Source of the DNA: a bacterium
GTDB taxonomy: Bacteria > Patescibacteriota > Patescibacteriia > Patescibacteriales > UBA12465
Reading direction: 5' to 3'
DNA length: 64,000 nucleotides
NCBI GenBank assembly: GCA_035402825.1
Contig: DAONDZ010000001.1
Span: forward strand, 172,839-236,838
Made by a program: the position numbers and the translations under genes. The notes beneath the pieces were generated by a model that ran no database searches, was not told the origin of the DNA, and was given only the letters and a program-made list of their open reading frames with translations. Positions 18,878-28,647 of this stretch are shown here, piece after piece; the stretch's first letter is position 1, and each line of letters starts with the position of its first letter.

Positions 18878-20482
18878 TTATTTTATCATGTAGCTATCTT
18901 TTAGGCGATATCCCATCTTTTTGTAATATCCCCGCACGCCCACTCCGGAAATAATGGCTATTTTTTTGATGCCCTCTTTTTTGGCTATGGCTTCGGCGGT
19001 TTGTAATAGTTTTTTACCCCAGCCGGAGTGTTGAATAATCTTTTTTTCTCCGGTCGGCACCAATTCGCCATAGACATGCAACTCTCTGATGAGGGCCGGA
19101 GCGATCGGACTGTCTTTGGATAGTCTCAGCCGGCAGAAACCGTATAATACTTTTTTGTCCGGACTGTCGGCACTAATGAAATATTCCGTACCATTACCGG
19201 CCGGGTATTTAGTGATATTTATTTTGGCTTTATTAATTTCTTTATTCTCTTTAGCTTCCCGACAGCGGATGCAGCGGCATTCTACTCCCCGCTGCTGCAT
19301 CACTTGGCGCAGGTTGGTGATTAAATTACCGGCCACAATAGACTCAGCGGGAATATCTCTAATGAGGCGAATGATGCGGACATACTCCGGCACCACTTTT
19401 TTGCATTCGGTGATTAAATCTTGCAGCTGTTTGTCGGTGTATGGTTTGTATTTTCCTTGTTTATACCATCTATACAGCAAACTACCTTTAGTGACAATGG
19501 TGGGATAAAACTTGATTTGGTCGGGCTGATAATCGGAGTCGTTAAATAGTTTTTTAAACCAAGCCAAGTCTTTCCGCGGGCTAGATCCGGGCAAAGCCGG
19601 CATGAGGTGATAGGTGACTTTAAAGCCATAATCGCGCAGCAGCTTGGTAGCTTGAGCAGTTTCTTTATTCCCATGGCCGCGGCGGTTCTTTTTTAAAATT
19701 TCATCATCAATGGCTTGGACACCTATTTCGACGCGAGTGCAGCCCAATTCCCGCATGGTTTTTACTTCCGTCTCATTAATATAGTCCGGCCGGGTTTCCA
19801 GGGTCAGGCCGATTATCTTATACTCCGCTGTTTCATTTTTTTTCTGCTCTTTAGCTAATTCTTTCTTTAATTCTGGCAGCGACAAGTTTTTGGGGTATGG
19901 GGCCTTGGTATTTTTGATGTTTAGATTATGATGCTTAGCTTTGTTGAAATCATTGGCGCCTTTAAAGCAGTTTAAAATATACCAATATTGGTATTTAATC
20001 GGCAAATAACTCCAGGTGCCGCCAATGACGATGATTTCTATTTTCTTTGGTTCATGGCCGTTGTTTTCTAAAGCGTTTAAGCGCAGCATCACTTGGCGAT
20101 AGGGGTCATAGCCGCAACGAATAGCCCGCATGACGGCCGGTTCGTTAGACAAATAGCTGGTGGGAACATTTTTTTCGTTGGGGCAATAAGCGCAATGACC
20201 AGGGCAGGGGTATGGCTTGGTAAGGACTGCCACCGGAGCAATGCCGGACATTGTTCTAATGGCGCGCTTGCGAAATAGCCGCAGCAGCCGATTGAGCTGC
20301 TCTTTCTTTTTTGGATCCCGAGAGTTTTTAATCTGTTTCTTGATTTCCGCTAAAATTTCCGAATGGAGCGGAATGGGCAGGCCGGAAGACTTCGCGACGG
20401 AGCGTTTAATCTGGTTCATGGTCTCTAAATCCATTGGGGAGGCGAGACTGAGGGCGATAATTTTTTTAGTTGCTCCTTCCAT
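18878..20482 (-). CDS. elp3: Elp3-like radical SAM / GNAT acetyltransferase (tRNA U34 modification family)
   Basis: Radical-SAM cluster CPGHCAYCP, TIM-barrel region, and C-terminal GNAT (HSGWGKKLLQTAEAIAKKEG). Confidence 0.8.
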   Translation of the reverse strand: MEGATKKIIALSLASPMDLETMNQIKRSVAKSSGLPIPLHSEILAEIKKQIKNSRDPKKKEQLNRLLRLFRKRAIRTMSGIAPVAVLTKPYPCPGHCAYCPNEKNVPTSYLSNEPAVMRAIRCGYDPYRQVMLRLNALENNGHEPKKIEIIVIGGTWSYLPIKYQYWYILNCFKGANDFNKAKHHNLNIKNTKAPYPKNLSLPELKKELAKEQKKNETAEYKIIGLTLETRPDYINETEVKTMRELGCTRVEIGVQAIDDEILKKNRRGHGNKETAQATKLLRDYGFKVTYHLMPALPGSSPRKDLAWFKKLFNDSDYQPDQIKFYPTIVTKGSLLYRWYKQGKYKPYTDKQLQDLITECKKVVPEYVRIIRLIRDIPAESIVAGNLITNLRQVMQQRGVECRCIRCREAKENKEINKAKINITKYPAGNGTEYFISADSPDKKVLYGFCRLRLSKDSPIAPALIRELHVYGELVPTGEKKIIQHSGWGKKLLQTAEAIAKKEGIKKIAIISGVGVRGYYKKMGYRLKDSYMIK

Positions 20483-20532
20483 GTTTTTCGAGTATAATAT
20501 AAGTAGTTGTATATTATAATAATAATCATTTT

Positions 20533-21657
20533 ATGTCAAAAACAAAGCTTTTTTTAGCGATTTTTTCTCTGGGGCTGATTTCTTTGGCTCCAATTGCCAC
20601 CCTGGCTTATAGCGTCAGAAGCGAAAGCTCTATCTATATCCCCAAGGAGCAAGCAGTGGAAGGCAATTTGTATGCCGCGGCTTCTAGTTTGGTGATTGAC
20701 GGCAATGTCTATGGCGATGTGATAGCGGCTGCTGAGAATATTACCATTAACGGTGAGGTGAATGGCGATGTCATTGGTGTCGCTTCCAATATCACTGTTA
20801 ACGGTCCGGTTTCCGGCAGTATCCGGGTTTTAGGAGAAAATTTGAATTTTAATAATGCAGTCAATCGAAATATTAATGCCTTGGGCAATGTTGTCATCTT
20901 AGGAAACAATTCCAAAGTAGGCGGTGATGTCTTAGCGGCTAGTGGAGCGTTAGAAAGCCGGGGGCAAATTAATGGCAGCCTGCATGGAGTTTCTGATAGG
21001 TGGGTAATTGCCGGCACGGTTTTACAAAATGTTGACGCTCGGATCAGCAATCCGGAAGGAACAGTGACTTTGGTGGACTCTGCCAAGGTGAGCGGTTCTT
21101 TTAAATACATGTCTTTAAAAGAAGGCGGTATTAATTCTTCCTTAGTAGAGGGAGAAGTGATTCGCTTGGTTCCTAAGGATAAAGGCTGGCAGGCTGGACC
21201 TTATTTTTTGCATCGTTTATATGGGTTGTTGTCTTCTCTATTAGTAGCCTTAGTTATTTTAAGCCTTTGGCCGCGACAGATTAGAAAGATAGCTGTGGTG
21301 GAAAAGAATAAATTGGGTTGGCAAGCCTTAATCGGCTTAGCCGCTTTATTCTTGACCCCTTTCGTTTGCTTCCTCTTGCTTTTCACTTTCATCGGTTGGC
21401 CGCTAGCTTTAATTTTAGGAGTTCTTTGGCTAGTGGCAATATACTTAGCTAAAATTTGGGTGGGTATTTCTTTGGGCGCTTGGATTTTCCAGAAGCTGAA
21501 GAAAGCACCGACTAAAAAAGGATTATCCGAAATGGCTTTGGGCCTATTGGCTCTTTGGATCCTTCTAGCTATTCCTTTTGTCGGCATGGCCGTTTCCTTC
21601 TTGGCTATTTGTTGGGGACTGGGCATGATAGTGGGAAGTATAAAAATTAATCGCTAG
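20533..21657 (+). CDS. Membrane protein with bactofilin-like beta-helix repeats
   Basis: Signal/TM N-terminus, repeated G-[DN]-V units (IDGNVYGDVIAAAENITINGEVNGDVIGVASNITVNG...), four C-terminal TM helices. Confidence 0.4.
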   Translation: MSKTKLFLAIFSLGLISLAPIATLAYSVRSESSIYIPKEQAVEGNLYAAASSLVIDGNVYGDVIAAAENITINGEVNGDVIGVASNITVNGPVSGSIRVLGENLNFNNAVNRNINALGNVVILGNNSKVGGDVLAASGALESRGQINGSLHGVSDRWVIAGTVLQNVDARISNPEGTVTLVDSAKVSGSFKYMSLKEGGINSSLVEGEVIRLVPKDKGWQAGPYFLHRLYGLLSSLLVALVILSLWPRQIRKIAVVEKNKLGWQALIGLAALFLTPFVCFLLLFTFIGWPLALILGVLWLVAIYLAKIWVGISLGAWIFQKLKKAPTKKGLSEMALGLLALWILLAIPFVGMAVSFLAICWGLGMIVGSIKINR

Positions 21658-21662
21658 GAGTT

Positions 21663-23039
21663 ATGTTTCAACCGCAAATTTTTAAAGCTTACGATATTCG
21701 CGGCATCTATGGCCAAGATCTTGATGACCAATTTGCTTTTGATCTCGGTCTTGCTTATGTCTCCTTCCGAAGGCAAGAGGCTGATTTGGCCGGAAAAGAA
21801 TTGAAGGATATTAGTATTGTCGTCGGTTCCGATATGCGTTTGTCTTCTCCAATTCTCAAGGAGAATCTGATAGCCGGGTTAGTGGCCGCTGGCGTGAAGG
21901 TTATTGATATCGGTTTAGTTTCCACTCCGACTTTTTATTTCGCTGTGGCTAACTACGGTCATCAAGGCGGCATTATGGTTTCCGCTTCTCATAATCCGAG
22001 CGAATGGAATGGTTTCAAAGTGGTTCGCTCTCGGGCTTTGCCAATTTCCGGAACTAGCGGTTTGGAGACGCTGAAAGAATTAATCAGCTCCGGCAATTTG
22101 TCTCCGGCGACTGAGCCGGGTCAGATAATTTTGCAAAACGATATTTTGAATGATGAATTAGAATATGATTTGGGGTTAGTTGACTGGCAGAAAATAAAAC
22201 CGCTGAAAATAGTGGCTGATGCGGCTAATAGTATGGGGGCGCAATATTTGGAAGTGCTCTTCAACCGTTTGCCGGGGGAATTGATTAAGCTTAATTTTGA
22301 TTTAGACGGAACTTTCCCGGTTCATGAAGCCGATCCGCTCAAAGAAGAAAATGTTAATCTTCTCAGACAACAGGTTGTCGCTGAACAGGCTGATTTGGGT
22401 ATTACCACTGACGGCGATGGCGATCGGGTGTTCTTTGTTGATAATGAAGGGCAGCTAATTTCTCCAGCTTTGGTCAGAGGATTATTGGCTAAGTTGTTTT
22501 TGCTAGATAATCCAGGAGCTAAGATTGGCTACGATGTCCGTCCGGGGAAAATTACCACCGATTTGATAGCCGAACAGGGCGGTCAAGCCATTCCCACCAA
22601 AGTAGGCCATTCTTTGATTAAGGAGCAGATGATTAAAGACGGCATTTATTTCGCCGGTGAGTCTTCCGGTCATTTCTTTTTAAACACTGAAATTGGTTGT
22701 TTCGAAATGCCGATGCTGATGATTGCCAAGATGCTCTTGGTTTTTTCTCAAAGCGGTCAGAGCGCCAGTGATTATTTGCGCCAATACAAAAAATATTTTT
22801 CTTCCGGGGAGATAAATAGCGAAGTGGCTGACAAGGAGGTAATCTTCGCTCGTTTGAGAGAGAAATACAACGATGGAGAAATTAATGATTTAGACGGTTT
22901 ATCCATTTCTTATCCCAACTTTTGGTTTAATGTCCGAGGCTCCAATACGGAAAATAAAATTCGCCTGAACTTGGAGGCGAATGATGCGGCCACGATGGCG
23001 GCCAAGCGTGATGAAGTTTTAGCTTTGATTAGGACCTAG
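21663..23039 (+). CDS. Phosphomannomutase / phosphoglucomutase family
   Basis: Phosphoserine loop SASHNPSEWNG, metal loop TDGDGDR, sugar loop GESSGH. Confidence 0.85.
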   Translation: MFQPQIFKAYDIRGIYGQDLDDQFAFDLGLAYVSFRRQEADLAGKELKDISIVVGSDMRLSSPILKENLIAGLVAAGVKVIDIGLVSTPTFYFAVANYGHQGGIMVSASHNPSEWNGFKVVRSRALPISGTSGLETLKELISSGNLSPATEPGQIILQNDILNDELEYDLGLVDWQKIKPLKIVADAANSMGAQYLEVLFNRLPGELIKLNFDLDGTFPVHEADPLKEENVNLLRQQVVAEQADLGITTDGDGDRVFFVDNEGQLISPALVRGLLAKLFLLDNPGAKIGYDVRPGKITTDLIAEQGGQAIPTKVGHSLIKEQMIKDGIYFAGESSGHFFLNTEIGCFEMPMLMIAKMLLVFSQSGQSASDYLRQYKKYFSSGEINSEVADKEVIFARLREKYNDGEINDLDGLSISYPNFWFNVRGSNTENKIRLNLEANDAATMAAKRDEVLALIRT

Positions 23040-23737
23040 AGTTTTTTGCCCGGCCGCGGTTTTATAAACCGCCAGACAAATTTAATTATTTCTATTATCT
23101 CTTTAGGACGGCTGACATTTTGCAGCTGTCCTTTTTTGATAGCGGCAATGATGTCTGTTGGGCGGTTAGACTGGCAATTTATCAAGCAATAGTCATCTTT
23201 CAAATAGCGGTTGTCGTGCATATCGCTGGTGGCTACTAATGGTTTATTCAATTTTTTTGCTACCCGAGCTGCCTGGCGATTTTGATTGAAGAGTTTGGTA
23301 TAAAACCAGCTGTGTTCTACGGCATCAAATATTTCCGCGTTTCGTTTCAAGGTTTTTAACCCTAAAGACTGCACTAAAAAATTGGGGTGAGGTGCCATGA
23401 CTAAAGGTTGGGGGTTATTTTTTCGCCAAGCCTTTAATTCGGCTAAAGTTTTGAGACTAGGCAAGGACTCAGCGCCGATAATTAGGACGTGGGCATTGTG
23501 CCAGCGGCTTTTCTGCAGGCTGATTTCTATACCCGGCAACAAGGTGATGCCTCTTTGGGCGGCATAGTCCTTAATTTCCGGAGGGAAATAAAGACGATTA
23601 TGAAGCGTCAAAGCCAAGACTTGAAAATCAAGCTGTTTGGCTTGATTGATTAAATCTCGAGCAGTGTATTTAATTAGAGTGCCGTCTTCCGGATCTTCGT
23701 GGGTATGAAGATGAAGACTGGCTTTTAATATGGGCAT
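23036..23737 (-). CDS. PHP-domain phosphoesterase
   Basis: N-terminal LHLHTHEDPEDG and later histidines (APHPN, SDMHD), typical of PHP. Confidence 0.5.
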   Translation of the reverse strand: MPILKASLHLHTHEDPEDGTLIKYTARDLINQAKQLDFQVLALTLHNRLYFPPEIKDYAAQRGITLLPGIEISLQKSRWHNAHVLIIGAESLPSLKTLAELKAWRKNNPQPLVMAPHPNFLVQSLGLKTLKRNAEIFDAVEHSWFYTKLFNQNRQAARVAKKLNKPLVATSDMHDNRYLKDDYCLINCQSNRPTDIIAAIKKGQLQNVSRPKEIIEIIKFVWRFIKPRPGKKL

Positions 23738-23746
23738 GAGGGTAGA

Positions 23747-24883
23747 TTAATCTCTGACGCATCTTATAGAAAGTCCTTGGGGATGGAGGATATAATTGCG
23801 CCAGACAGCATAGCCGGGAACAAAGTTTCTCTGCCAGGCTTTGTTGGTGTCAATTAAAGACGATGTCCAAAGCGTTGGCTCAGCTCCTAGATATCTAAAA
23901 AATGGTGAGGCGGTATAACGAGTACCGGAGAGGAGAACGTCAAAACCGGATGAGCCGCCGATTAATAGTTTGGTTCCTTCATCGGTGCCGCGAAATCCGG
24001 TGGTGGTGTTGTCATAGGGGAAGTCAGTGGCGCAAGTGCCGGAGGTGCAAACCGCTCTTTCTAAAGTAGTCCATTCGTCATGGGAAGGAATATGCCAACC
24101 ATCAGGGCAAATGCCTTGAGCGCTGGGGGTGAGGGAATATTGCATGGCTTCGTCCCATTGGTATAAGCCGCCGTGGAGCTGGCAATAGGTATAATCACTC
24201 AAATCTCCGTCGGGATCATAGCAGTATTTTTCCAATATTGGCGTGGGGCTGTTATCGGTTTGATCGACTGAACCATCTATAATAGTGCCGATATTCATGT
24301 TTTCTTTTAACCAGCATTGATTGCCGATTTTTATGGTTGCATATTCACAGGTGTCATAATTGGGAGCGTCAGCATTGCAGGTATATCCCAGCAGATTATC
24401 AGAGTTAAGGGTCAAGGTGTCGCCGCAGATAAAACAGCTGCCGCTGCTAATAGTATCCTGGTTGGCACAGTTATTCCCAGCCGCTATTTCCCCGGTTTTG
24501 TTGCCTAAACAGAAATTAATAGTATATTTTTGGTTGTTGTTAGTGGCTTCATAAGTATAGGCGTTAGTGGTGGTAGAGCAGCCGCCATCATTAGGAGTGG
24601 TTGGCGCCGGGACATTGAGGTAAGTGATGCCGGAAGAGCCCACCAAAGGCTGTCCGAAGGTTAGGGTAGCGGGGTAGGACCCTTCTTGACGGTGGTAGCG
24701 TTCCAAAGCTTGTTGGATAGAAATGATATCGCTCGCTCTTTTGTTATCACGGCTTTTAACTCGAGATTGATTATAGGCCACCGTAGCTAGCGCAGTGATG
24801 AGGCCAATGGTCGCCAAGACTAATAATATTTCGATTAGCGTAAAAGCAGAACGATTTTTAGTTTTAGATAAATTTCTGAACAT
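23747..24883 (-). CDS. Type IV pilin-like protein with a C-terminal FISUMP-type domain (paralogue 3)
   Basis: Prepilin-type N-terminus SAFTLIEILLVLATIGL. C-terminus GGLYQWDEAMQY...GICPDGWHIPSHDEW...GFDVLLSGTRY...LSIRCVRD. Confidence 0.75.
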   Translation of the reverse strand: MFRNLSKTKNRSAFTLIEILLVLATIGLITALATVAYNQSRVKSRDNKRASDIISIQQALERYHRQEGSYPATLTFGQPLVGSSGITYLNVPAPTTPNDGGCSTTTNAYTYEATNNNQKYTINFCLGNKTGEIAAGNNCANQDTISSGSCFICGDTLTLNSDNLLGYTCNADAPNYDTCEYATIKIGNQCWLKENMNIGTIIDGSVDQTDNSPTPILEKYCYDPDGDLSDYTYCQLHGGLYQWDEAMQYSLTPSAQGICPDGWHIPSHDEWTTLERAVCTSGTCATDFPYDNTTTGFRGTDEGTKLLIGGSSGFDVLLSGTRYTASPFFRYLGAEPTLWTSSLIDTNKAWQRNFVPGYAVWRNYILHPQGLSIRCVRD

Positions 24884-24910
24884 GGTTTTATTATATCATA
24901 GAATGAAGAC

Positions 24911-24938
24911 AAAAAAAATCACGAGGTTTCCCTCGTAA
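24911..24938 (-). terminator. Intrinsic terminator of the 24942-25340 gene
   Basis: On the minus strand, acgaggg-aaac-ctcgt followed by a T8 run. Confidence 0.55.
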
Positions 24939-24941
24939 TTT

Positions 24942-25340
24942 TTATTGACAGTCATTAATCATTTCAGCTGGTAGCTTATACTGAGCCAAATCGGCGCAAG
25001 TATATTTCTTTTCTCCATTCCAAATTATTTGCCACTCGCCGTTTTGCTTGGCGGCGAAAAATATTCCTTCGTATTTGTCGGTAATCGTCACTATGCCTTT
25101 AATGAATTGGCTATTTTCTCGAGCCACTTTGACGTCCACTTTGTCCAAGGACTGGCCGCTTTGTTTAGCGAATAGTTTTTGGATAGTGCTGAGGCGATCT
25201 TCATAGCTCATAGTCTGCCCGGCCGGAGTCTGATTTTGATTCTGATTGGTTTGGCGACGGGAGAAAATGAAAAAAGCAGTGATAATCGCGGCTATAACTA
25301 TAATGGCTATAATTAGCCAGATAATATATCGGCGGTTCAT
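24942..25340 (-). CDS. Hypothetical membrane-anchored protein
   Basis: N-terminal TM (IIWLIIAIIVIAAIITAFFIF), Q/N-rich linker, small globular domain. Confidence 0.5.
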   Translation of the reverse strand: MNRRYIIWLIIAIIVIAAIITAFFIFSRRQTNQNQNQTPAGQTMSYEDRLSTIQKLFAKQSGQSLDKVDVKVARENSQFIKGIVTITDKYEGIFFAAKQNGEWQIIWNGEKKYTCADLAQYKLPAEMINDCQ

Positions 25341-25359
25341 ATTTTTAGATATAAATTAA

Positions 25360-25385
25360 GCTCTCTAGAATCTGGGGAGGAGTCC
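25360..25385. repeat. Left arm of a 26-nt imperfect inverted repeat (partner 25630-25656)
   Basis: The reverse complement of gctctctagaatctggggaggagtcc matches ggacctcctccccagattttaaagagc, apart from one inserted c and three substitutions. Confidence 0.7.
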
Positions 25386-25392
25386 GACGCTA

Positions 25393-25530
25393 CTATTTCT
25401 TTTTAGCAGTCTTTTTGGCAGTTTTCTTCTTGGCAACTTTCTTGACGGCCTTTTTCACAACCTTCTTCACGGCCTTCTTTGCCACTTTCTTTTTTGCTAC
25501 TTTCTTGGTAGCTTTTTTCTTAGTAGCCAT
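25393..25530 (-). CDS. Lysine/alanine-rich basic protein, 45 aa (histone H1-like composition); absent from the ORF track
   Basis: Minus-strand ATG 25530 to TAG 25393: MATKKKATKKVAKKKVAKKAVKKVVKKAVKKVAKKKTAKKTAKKK. Confidence 0.55.
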   Translation of the reverse strand: MATKKKATKKVAKKKVAKKAVKKVVKKAVKKVAKKKTAKKTAKKK

Positions 25531-25629
25531 AATAATAAAATTAATATAGTTTATTAACAGGAAAACCGACCTTTATTTTCCTGTGTCAAAGCAAATGCCT
25601 TGACCTAGAAAAATAAAGCCAAAAAAATT

Positions 25630-25656
25630 GGACCTCCTCCCCAGATTTTAAAGAGC
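25630..25656. repeat. Right arm of the inverted repeat bracketing the Lys-rich ORF
   Basis: See 25360-25385. Confidence 0.7.
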
Positions 25657-25787
25657 TTTAACAAACTAGGGAAATAAATTTTTAAAAAACTTTTTTATCT
25701 AATTATATTTTATCAAATTTTAGAAAACTTGGCAATGATTTTTTCACTTTTTTGTTTTTTTATCAACTAAAATATTTTTTGCGCAAT

Positions 25788-28226
25788 TTAGATTCCATCG
25801 TGGCGATAAATGCGGCGATAGAAAAATCTTTTTACAATTTCCGTGACTAATAGATAACTCAACACGATGATAATAATGCTGCCGATAACCTTAAAAGGTA
25901 GCGGGGTGAAATCAAAGACATTGCCCAAGGGCGTCATGGCCACTAGCCAGCCGATGGCGATGATTAAGAGGGTAGCGCCGGCTAAATATTTGCTGGGCCA
26001 AGATTGGATGAAGGGCAGTTTTTTGGTACGGATAATATAGACCACTAATACTTGGGTAGCCAATGATTCCATGAACCAACCAGTCTGGAAAAGACTGTCT
26101 TTTAGGCCGAAAATTGCGAATAATACGTAAAAAGTGATTAAATCAAAGACCGAGCTAATGGGCCCGAAGACATACATAAAACGCTTGATAAACTTCATAT
26201 CCCAATGCTTGGGTTTCTTTAAATAGTCTTCATCTACCCGGTCGGTGGGAATAGCTAATTGCGAGGTATCATAGAGCAGGTTATTGAACAAAATTTGTCC
26301 CGGGAGCATTGGGAAAAAGGGCAGAAAAAGGGAGGCGCCGATGAGGGAAAACATGTTGCCGAAGTTGGAGCTGAGACCCATCATCAAGTACTTCATGGTG
26401 TTGCCGAAAGTCTTCCGACCTTCCAGAACTCCGTCCATCAGCTCTTGGAGTCCTTTCTTCATCAAGATGATATCAGCGGTCTTTTTGGCAACATCGACTG
26501 CGTTATCCACAGATATCCCCACGTCAGCCATTTTTAGAGAAGGAGCGTCATTGATGCCATCACCCATATAGCCGACTACTGAGCCGTCATTTTTTAAAGT
26601 TTCAATTATTTTTTCTTTTTGCATCGGGGAGAGGCGAGCGAAGATATTGTTTTGCCGCGCCCGTAGAGCTAACTCCTGATGGCTGAGCTTATCAATATCT
26701 AATTCGTCTCCGGAAATGATGCCGGTGATGGTAATATTCAAGTCGCGGCAAATTTTTTCCGTTACCAAAGGACTATCACCGGTGAGGATCTTAATCTCAA
26801 TGCCATGCTCTTTCATGAAGCGAATAGTTTCGGAAGCGCTTTTCTTGGGCGGGTCATAGAAGGCGACAAAACCGTGGAGAGTTAGGCCCTTTTCTTCGCT
26901 AATTTGGTATTTTGGCTTGTGTTTGGCTATTTTTCGGGTGGCAATTGCCAAAACTCGAAATCCTTCTCGGCTCAAAGATTGATATAAAGCATTAGCTTTT
27001 TTCTTGTCGACCAGATGACAGATTTTAAACACTTCTTCCGGTGCGCCTTTGGTGATAATTATTTCTTCGCCCTTTTCTGAACAAATAATGGAAGAGCGGC
27101 GGCGGGTAAAGTCATAGGGAATCTCGGCAACTTTTTTAGCGCCGCGGATATCTATCTTTTTAAAATCTAATATTGCTTTGTCCAGCAAGCTCTTAATTCC
27201 AGTTTCAAAAGCGCCATTGAGATAGGCGAGGCGCAGGACTTGTTCGTCTGTCTCTCCTTTTAAGTTGAGGTGTTTAACAACGGTAATCTTGTCTTGAGTC
27301 AAGGTTCCGGTTTTGTCAGTGCATAAGATGTCCATACTGCCGAAGTCTGGAATAGCATTCAATCTTTTAACAATAACGCCCCCTTTGGCCATCTTAATGG
27401 CTCCTCTAGCCATATTAACACTCATAATCATGGGCAAAAGTTCAGGGGTAACGCCCACAGCGACGGCAATAGCGAAAACTAAAGAGTCAATAAGATCTTT
27501 GTGGTATAAGGCGTTGATGATGAAAATGATTAAAACAATGAAGGTGATGATTTTGATAATCAGCATGCCGAAACTTTTGATGTCTAGTTCAAAAGCATTA
27601 GGGGTATCATTTTCTCTCAGGTGGCTGGCAATTTGGCCGTACTCGGTACTTAATCCGGTTTTGACAACCAAGGCTCTGGCAAAACCGGAGACTACGTTGG
27701 TGCCGGAAAATATTAAACGGCCCTTTTTGTCATCTGGGTCTTTTTGAACCGGAAAACTTTCGCCGGTGAGGATTGATTCATTAATATAGAAATCATCAGC
27801 CTCTAATAGTTCAGCGTCGGCCGGGATGATATCGCCGGCGGAGAGGATTAGTAGGTCTCCGGGGACTAAATAACGGGTTAAAATCTCTTGTTGCTTGCCG
27901 CCGCGAATGATTAGAGCCTTAGTGGCCAGCTTTTTAGCGATTTTTTCAGCGGCTTGGCCGGATTTATGCTCTTGATAGAAGTTGAGGACTACACTTAAAA
28001 AAACCATGAATAATATAACAGCCATACTTTTGAATTCTCCGGTCAGCCCTGAGATGATAGCGGAAATAATCAACATGATAATCAAAGGGTTCTTAAAATA
28101 GGAGAGGAATTTCAAAATCCCCGGCATCTTTTTTTTGTGAGCCAGTTCGTTGTAGCCGTATTGCTTGAGTCGCGCCTTAGCTTCGGATTCGCTGAGGCCG
28201 CATTGAGACGGTATTTTCTTTTTCAT
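25788..28226 (-). CDS. mgtA: Mg2+-importing P-type ATPase
   Basis: DKTGTLT, TGDS, GDGINDAPSLKMADVGISV, and the MgtA-type C-terminus LPFFPMLPGQILFNNLLYDTSQLAIPTDRVDEDYLKKPKHWD. Confidence 0.85.
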   Translation of the reverse strand: MKKKIPSQCGLSESEAKARLKQYGYNELAHKKKMPGILKFLSYFKNPLIIMLIISAIISGLTGEFKSMAVILFMVFLSVVLNFYQEHKSGQAAEKIAKKLATKALIIRGGKQQEILTRYLVPGDLLILSAGDIIPADAELLEADDFYINESILTGESFPVQKDPDDKKGRLIFSGTNVVSGFARALVVKTGLSTEYGQIASHLRENDTPNAFELDIKSFGMLIIKIITFIVLIIFIINALYHKDLIDSLVFAIAVAVGVTPELLPMIMSVNMARGAIKMAKGGVIVKRLNAIPDFGSMDILCTDKTGTLTQDKITVVKHLNLKGETDEQVLRLAYLNGAFETGIKSLLDKAILDFKKIDIRGAKKVAEIPYDFTRRRSSIICSEKGEEIIITKGAPEEVFKICHLVDKKKANALYQSLSREGFRVLAIATRKIAKHKPKYQISEEKGLTLHGFVAFYDPPKKSASETIRFMKEHGIEIKILTGDSPLVTEKICRDLNITITGIISGDELDIDKLSHQELALRARQNNIFARLSPMQKEKIIETLKNDGSVVGYMGDGINDAPSLKMADVGISVDNAVDVAKKTADIILMKKGLQELMDGVLEGRKTFGNTMKYLMMGLSSNFGNMFSLIGASLFLPFFPMLPGQILFNNLLYDTSQLAIPTDRVDEDYLKKPKHWDMKFIKRFMYVFGPISSVFDLITFYVLFAIFGLKDSLFQTGWFMESLATQVLVVYIIRTKKLPFIQSWPSKYLAGATLLIIAIGWLVAMTPLGNVFDFTPLPFKVIGSIIIIVLSYLLVTEIVKRFFYRRIYRHDGI

Positions 28227-28295
28227 TATTAATATTATACCGTAAATTTTACAATTAGGAAATAAAAAATCCGCTGGAGGCGGATTTAATATAGT

Positions 28296-28574
28296 TTAGT
28301 AACCTTGTTTTTCTAGATCTTCTTTCTCCTCCTGTAATCTTTGAATTTCAGCAGGGGAAAGATCTTTCTGCAGCATTCGGATTAATCCATTTAACTCCAC
28401 GGTCTGGGAGACATTCTCTAAGCAAAAGTCTTTGAGGGTAGTAGCTTCGGCCAAATTTTTGGGACGAGCGATGACGTTGCAGAGGCTGACGTCGTATTCA
28501 ATATGTTGGATGCTTAAAAAATGTGTTAATCCCTGAAACTCAGGATAGGTTAGGTTCTTAATTAGATAATGCAT
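28296..28574 (-). CDS. Hypothetical protein (92 aa)
   Basis: ORF only. Confidence 0.4.
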   Translation of the reverse strand: MHYLIKNLTYPEFQGLTHFLSIQHIEYDVSLCNVIARPKNLAEATTLKDFCLENVSQTVELNGLIRMLQKDLSPAEIQRLQEEKEDLEKQGY

Positions 28575-28647
28575 TTTCGAGGTTTTAGGTTAGCTTTAAT
28601 GAACAACCGAACAGCATAACGGAAATTACTCTTTTTGTCAATTCTGA

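Noticed and set aside
23747-24883. The third pilin-like FISUMP gene as a remote DGR target.
   Set aside because: Its C-terminal region (...LWTSSLIDTNKAWQRNFVPGYAVWRNYILHPQGLSIRCVRD) differs from the TR-encoded sequence at many positions that are not adenine-encoded. There is also no shared 3' flank.
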